Positions 58,259-64,000 of a stretch of DNA of 64,000 nucleotides are shown here, in pieces (the first letter of the stretch is position 1; each line of letters opens with the position of its first letter). The stretch is from Massalongia carnosa (taxonomy: Eukaryota). Location of the stretch: positions 2,108,001 to 2,172,000 of the forward strand of contig OZ287075.1 in the NCBI GenBank assembly GCA_965645245.1, read 5' to 3'. The position numbers and the translations under genes were made by a program. The notes under the pieces were generated by a model that was given only the letters and a program-made list of their open reading frames with translations, was not told the DNA's origin and did not search any database.

Positions 58259-61200
58259 TCAATGATATAAATGCTGTGCTGTCATTGAGAACTGAGTCAG
58301 TAAGCCGGTCTTCATTAACCAAGCGGTGAGTAGTTTCATCGCTCTGGATGAGTCGGTAATTAGTCGATAGTTGTTTGTGTCTATAGAACGTAACATTGAC
58401 TGTCTGTTGCTGTTAAGTTTGCAAAACATGATTACATGTTTCGCGGTTTGTTTCGGCCAGCCACATGGACAGTTTGGTGTTAGGACGTCGGGGACGTGAC
58501 GTCTAAATAGAAAGTCGGCTAGGCCTATCTTTTCTGAGCGTATCTGGATAGTTAGAGCGCTTTCTGCTTTGGCTAGAGTTTTGTGTAATTTGATGCGTTT
58601 TTTGGTTAGTGGGGCTGCCTGTGCTGGAGTAGGCGTAGATGTGCGATTCTGATATGTTTTCCATGAGGTCTGCCATGCGTCTATATATCGTTTTTTTATT
58701 TTTGCGGTTATTTTACCTTGAGCCGCCCGCGCCTCTTCAATTTCTCGAGCTGTATTCGGGGGGGGTTCGGCCCATGGTGGGTGCGCTACCGGCGACGCGA
58801 TTTTATGTGTGTCCGATATTATTTTCTTGGCCCATGCGTGTTTCAGCATTCCCGGGGTACTCGCAGGAGCTCGTTTGCGTCCAGCCCGGCCTCTGAGTTT
58901 GTTTGCAATAGAGTTGCATGCATTGATGATGAATTTCTTTTGACCTCCCTGACACAAGCGATGTCTAGCCTGTGTCTGAAGTTGATCTAGATGTATGTCA
59001 ATAGGAGCTATGTACGTTTCTGCTTCCAATACCGCTATTGGGGTCGCCTTAAATGCTCCAGCTATAGTTCGTAAGCATTTATTCTGTATGACGGCTAGCT
59101 TGTTTGAGATGCCGTTCGATTTTTTTATATCCTTTGGCATGTGCCATATAGTAGAACCATACGTTATGGCCGGGCGAACTACGGCGGTGTATATCTGGCG
59201 GGCTTTTGGAAAGGTGGCGCCCCATGTGGAGGTAGAAATTTTTGTCAGTGCCCTGGATTGTTTTGTCAGTTTTTCCTGAATCTTTCTGATATGTGGACCC
59301 CATTTCAATTTGGTGTCGATTCGGAGTCCCAAGATTCTAATGTCTGTTTTTGGTTTAATGATGCTGTTTTCTATCTTAACAACAGCAGTCATGTTAAATT
59401 TCTTCGGATTTCTTGACAAGTGTATCAGTTCGTACTTTTTCGGTGCAAAAACCGATCCGTGCCGAATGGCCCATCTTTCGCATTTCTTGTGAATTTCCTC
59501 CAGCGTTTTGCAATTTTCTTCCGTGCTTTTCCCATATGCTAACACGTTTATGTCATCTACGAAACCTATGGCGCTCGTGTTGGTTCCGGGTCTTTCACAT
59601 ATGTCTAGTAGGTCTGCATTATAGAAAAGATAGAGGATAGGAGAAATAGGAGAGCCTTGTGGTATTCCGGTTCTTACTTCGAATATGTCTGTGACTCGGC
59701 TATGTATTGCTAGCGTGGTACTTCGTTCGTTTAAAAAACTGTCTACCCAGTCAGTAATCCATTTTGGGATTTTCCGTTTGCGCAGGTTATGGATTAAACG
59801 TCTATGTGACACTGTATCATAAGCTCCTGCTTCGTCCATGCTCAACAGAGTGGCTACTTTGTCGTTGCCTTGTCCCCATACTGTGTGGATTTGTTCCGTT
59901 AACAGTTCCAGTGCAGTTTCTGTTGTTCTTCCTCTTCTGGCACCCATCTGGGTATCGGGTAGAAGTCGGTGTTTCCGCTATGTGGGTGATTTTCTTGGAC
60001 ATGATGGATTCCATAACCTTGCCACGCGTGTTCAGGAGTGCTATAGGACGATAGGCGTTCGGAGCCGTATAATCATCTTTGTCTATCTTTCTCAGTGTGA
60101 TTGTGTTTGCGGGCTTGAACGCGCGTGGATGATACGCCTGATCTATGCATGCTTGAAACAAAGGAGTTAGTAAATCGGACAGCTTTTCGGAGCATGCCTT
60201 TACAATTCTGTTGGTTATTCCGTCCGGACCAGGGGCCGTGTCGGGCTTGAGTCGGCGTATCGATTCTGTTACTTCCGATCTGGTTACGATTGTGGGACAG
60301 TGAGGAGGACTAGGATAAAAGGAGCCCTCTATGTCGCTGAGATCGGCAGGAGGTGCAGGTGGAAAGAATTTCTGTTTCAGCATCTCCGTTTTTTCCTCGA
60401 ACGTGGAAGCTATTTGATCGTCTCGGGTGAGGCTAGGCATTTTTGGAACTTTTCTTGGCTTCTCACTTTTGTCCTTCGCCCACTTAGCCAGCCGCCATAA
60501 TCCCATAGGCGATTCAGTAGCTTTTTCTATTTCCTTGCGGAACGACAGTCTCTTGGCTTTTTGAATGATTTTTTGTTTTCTATGATTAGACTTCGTGTAC
60601 GTTATCCAATTTGAAAGATCTCTGGAGTTCGTCCAGGCGCGTCTAAGCCTGCGAGTTTCTTTCGTGATTACACTGCATTCATCATTCCAAAAGGGCTTGG
60701 CGTACTTACTGGGTCTTGCCCATGGTACAGTAGCGTTTATGACTTCTGAAGGAATTCTTGAATCGTTATCGTGTAGGCTTCGATTTCGTCCGGAGATCGG
60801 GGAGAGAACGGAAGGGGAGCCCGTTTTTCGGCTTCCCTCAATTTTTCCATGTTTACCCGCTTCCAGGCCCTGCGTTCAACAATTGTTTGAGGCTCACTGT
60901 TAAGCGTTATTCGAGTTGAGATTGGTATGTGATCGGACGATTGATTAAGTTCAGGTCTTGACATGCAATGTTCTAGTCTCGCGACTAGGTCGTCCGACAT
61001 GAATACAAGATCGATAGTACTGAACGATTGTCTTGCCTCCCAGGTGATGGTGCCTTTTGGTAATGTCAGTGAAAGGTTAGCTTCTTCAAGCACGTCTAAC
61101 AGCTGATCTGCACTCGCATGTTGAGTTGTTCCCGTTGAGTCGTTCCAAAGAGGATGATGTAAATTGAAATCCCCTAATAAGACGTGTTTTACGCCTGCCG

Positions 61201-61615
61201 TTAATTGACGTTTCACGGTTGGTAGAGTGGACGGACAGTCTACGGAGGAGTAAGAGGCGGGAGAAGGGTTGTACACGTTGTGAATATGAATTACTTCTGA
61301 CGTTTCTCCAATTTTTGTGCGAATTATTAGCGTGCACATGTCGGGTGATGGAAAATTTACTTCCCAGCTATCAGGGTCAATTGAGTCACTAATATAGAAA
61401 CATACTCTTGTTTCTCCGCTCGGGCGGTATAGTAGGTGAAAGCCGCTTTGATGAGGACTTAATGTGGTGAGAGCTGAGGGATTACGCCAGGGTTCTTGAA
61501 TAGCAATGATATCGTAGTCCTGAGTGTTCGGGTCTGCTAAGAGAGGTAGCATAGTACTTACTCTGTCATTTCTGACATTATACTGCAATATAGAGAGGGA
61601 ATTTTTATCCCTCAT
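58259..61615 (-). pseudogene. LINE ORF2 (APE, RT, zinc finger), frameshifted
   Basis: ORFs 60737-61615, 59817-60506 and 58259-59947; IQEPW, GIPQGSP, FVDD, CPCG...HVIMFC; no RNase H. Confidence 0.9.
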
Positions 61616-63093
61616 AAGACGTCCATGATTTCGACCTGAGAAGTCGAGGAGACGGCGCTGATTGATGCGTTGGAGCTAGGCGTAATCGGAGCTGTAGACT
61701 CGTCTCGCGGCCTGATTGGGGGTCTGCCTACAACTGGTTTTGCAAGAGCTTTTGTCATGTTCTCTGGATTCATGATGCCCGTGTCCGCCCATGTGATTCC
61801 GATTTTAGGGGGAATCGGCGGTGAACCTGGTGGGGGTGCGGTCTTTCGTTTTTTGCTGCTTGTATCGGTTGAATTTATGACTGTTGTTTCCTCTTGAAAT
61901 CTAAACACTGTTGGTGTTGGGACAGCGACTGGATAAAACGGAACCCGATTTTGCATAGCCTTGTCTGCTTTGCGTTTTTCCGATTTGCTGATTTCGCAGG
62001 ATGTGGACCAGGCTTCATGGCCTTTTTCACTGCATGCAGCACATCTTCGGTATCTACCCGTCGTTTCCATGTTGCATTCGGTGCTGGGATGGCCCCCGGC
62101 GCAGTGGCCACAGGCGGTAGGATTTGGACATGAGCGACCTATGTGACCGTATTTGTGACAGTTGAAGCATTGCGTCATGGTACATCCCTTGGTGAACCTT
62201 TCACAATCTTTGATTTCATAGTCGACCACAAGGCCTTCGGCTATGATCCGGTTGGCCGTTTCGGCGGTTGCGACTTCCATATGTAGCGTAGAATACGTCT
62301 TTTTTTCCCTTATAGCTTTGACGGACCAGGCTATTTTCTTGATCTTCAGGTTCGGGTGCAGACGTGCGTTAGCGGCCTGTAGGTACTCTATAGCCTGCGA
62401 TTGGTTGGCGGTTTTGATATTTTCGACCTTGACACCATTTACCCTGATAGAGTACGTTCGTGTCTTTATCGCGGCTGATTCGGCTACAATTTGAACCCAC
62501 TCCGGTTTCTCTTGTAGGAGCTTTTTGGCCTCTAAAGATTCGGTATGAATCTTGAGATCTCCGCTCATGAGACGTGATATTCCCCGAATCCCCTTCGTCT
62601 CACGTTGTAGTGTCTCCACGAGATCTTTTGTTGTCACGTTCTTTACTTTTTCTTTGTCTATTGTGTTCGGAACGACGATGGTTATTTCCCTGGCCTTTCG
62701 AATCTCTTGAGGCGAGGGCTCGGTGTGCTTTAAGTGTGCAGTTGGCTTCGTGCTACGTGGGACCGGTGGGGCTTGAGCGGCCTGGCCTCTGGTGGCAGCG
62801 GCGGCGTAGTTATCCGAGTTTGTTGTGACTGCTTTTGCTCCTTCGATGCGAGCAAGGCTTTTCTGGATTTCTGTTAACGTGACGTTTAGAGTCTTCGACG
62901 TCTTGTCATCGTCGTTGTCGTTGTCGAAATTTCTCTGATTTTCGAGAAAAATTTTCACTTCCTGCAGGACCATGGTCCCCTCCGGTTCACCCTCATCTCC
63001 TATTCCTACAAGATAATCATTTATCTTGTCCAGCAGATAATCTCTCTGCTGCGTGTGCGCGACCACGAACGATTCTTCGAATTCAGCGTTCAT
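61612..63093 (-). CDS. LINE ORF1 gag-like protein with three zinc knuckles
   Basis: CFNCHKYGHIGRSC, CGHCAGGHPSTEC, CAACSEKGHEAWSTSC. Confidence 0.92.
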   Translation of the reverse strand: MNAEFEESFVVAHTQQRDYLLDKINDYLVGIGDEGEPEGTMVLQEVKIFLENQRNFDNDNDDDKTSKTLNVTLTEIQKSLARIEGAKAVTTNSDNYAAAATRGQAAQAPPVPRSTKPTAHLKHTEPSPQEIRKAREITIVVPNTIDKEKVKNVTTKDLVETLQRETKGIRGISRLMSGDLKIHTESLEAKKLLQEKPEWVQIVAESAAIKTRTYSIRVNGVKVENIKTANQSQAIEYLQAANARLHPNLKIKKIAWSVKAIREKKTYSTLHMEVATAETANRIIAEGLVVDYEIKDCERFTKGCTMTQCFNCHKYGHIGRSCPNPTACGHCAGGHPSTECNMETTGRYRRCAACSEKGHEAWSTSCEISKSEKRKADKAMQNRVPFYPVAVPTPTVFRFQEETTVINSTDTSSKKRKTAPPPGSPPIPPKIGITWADTGIMNPENMTKALAKPVVGRPPIRPRDESTAPITPSSNASISAVSSTSQVEIMDVL

Positions 63094-63410
63094 GTTGTTC
63101 CTTATCTCGTTAATATTGATATATTTTTCGAAGAGTCCGGGCTAAGAATGATAAAATAGAGTTGACATCTCCTTCGTGAAGTCTCTATCCCAGTTTTCGT
63201 TCATCTCACTGGTGCGTTTTACGGCCCAAGACTATTGATGAATTCTACGATTGGGGTGAACGACGTCCCTTTCGCCCAGGTCAAACCCAGTTTACTCCTT
63301 AAGCATATATCAAGGGCAAGTCTAGCCGTAGCCCATGCGCCGGCGAACCGACGGGGTCTCGTTACGAGCGAGATAGACATTCCCTGCTCTATATAAACCG
63401 ATCTATATTC

Positions 63411-63643
63411 TATATAGTACTGAAAGAGTTCCCCTGCTACTTTGGGCAACACTACCTCATTCGGTTAGATAAAACCTCATGCGGTTAGATTTAACCCGGA
63501 AAAGGGAACGCGGCTTGCGGAACAGTACTGAGTTATCTATTGTATATAGTACTGAAAGAGTTACCCTGCTACTTTGGGCAACACTACCTTATTCGGTTAG
63601 ATTGAACCCGAAAAAGGGAACGCGGCTTGCGGAACAGTACTGA
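63411..63643. repeat. Direct repeat, two copies with starts 132 bp apart
   Basis: TATATAGTACTGAAAGAGTT...GCGGAACAGTACTGA at 63411 and 63543. Confidence 0.85.
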
Positions 63644-64000
63644 ATTATCAAATAATGCGGGGAGGACCTCCCTGCGGACAGGACCAAAAATTCCCCTCTT
63701 GCCTCGACCGTACCGGACCGTTTCACTTCGTCAAACTTCGGAGATCAACTGATCCTGTTGATATCAGTCCGTATCGCGAAAACTACGTTCTTTTACGTTC
63801 GTTGTGGGCCGCGAGAGGTGATCGTTGTTCGCGTTTTTCATGTTTTGATGTTCCCGAAAACTGCGCTAAATCCGTCCGTTCAATGAACCTGCGAAAACCC
63901 TCGATTTGGTTTAACGTAGTCTTAATTGGGTTTAGCATTAACAATTATCTGATCTCTTCGCAACAACAGCAACGACTACCGCTATATCTTTGCAGCCTAG

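Larger units (their letters stand above)
58021..63200 (-). mobile_element. Tad1-like LINE (LINE-C), related to LINE-A; ORF2 frameshifted; 5' end not fixed
   Basis: (ATC)n tail at 58021-58036; ORF1 and ORF2 present; no TSD found in the window. Confidence 0.9.

Noticed and set aside
63215..63452. Solo gypsy-type LTR
   Set aside because: Only one TG/CA-type end, no TSD and no second copy.

Overview
Eukaryotic DNA from a filamentous ascomycete (GT-AG introns with CTAAC/CTGAC branch points, fungal TE families), about two-thirds transposons. Left to right: a GGCT pseudogene; a Ty1/copia element (1862-10230, ACATC TSD) partly replaced by a 5'-truncated Tad1-like LINE; a Mutator (MULE) element (10441-21907) whose left TIR is split by a four-level nest (solo LTR > Crypton tyrosine-recombinase transposon > Tc1 and an intact piggyBac-like element); a ~27-kb inverted duplication (arms 21908-33133 and 43934-49049) carrying two copies of a HET-like membrane protein gene, with an intact LINE and a 71-bp MITE in the left arm only; a 10.8-kb spacer of gene fragments plus a three-exon small secreted Cys-rich protein gene; a 3120-bp tandem duplication of laccase and O-methyltransferase pseudogenes; and a second copia interrupted by a third LINE. 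Duplicated segments supply empty sites that fix several element boundaries exactly. Family calls come from motif recognition by eye; no database searches were run.
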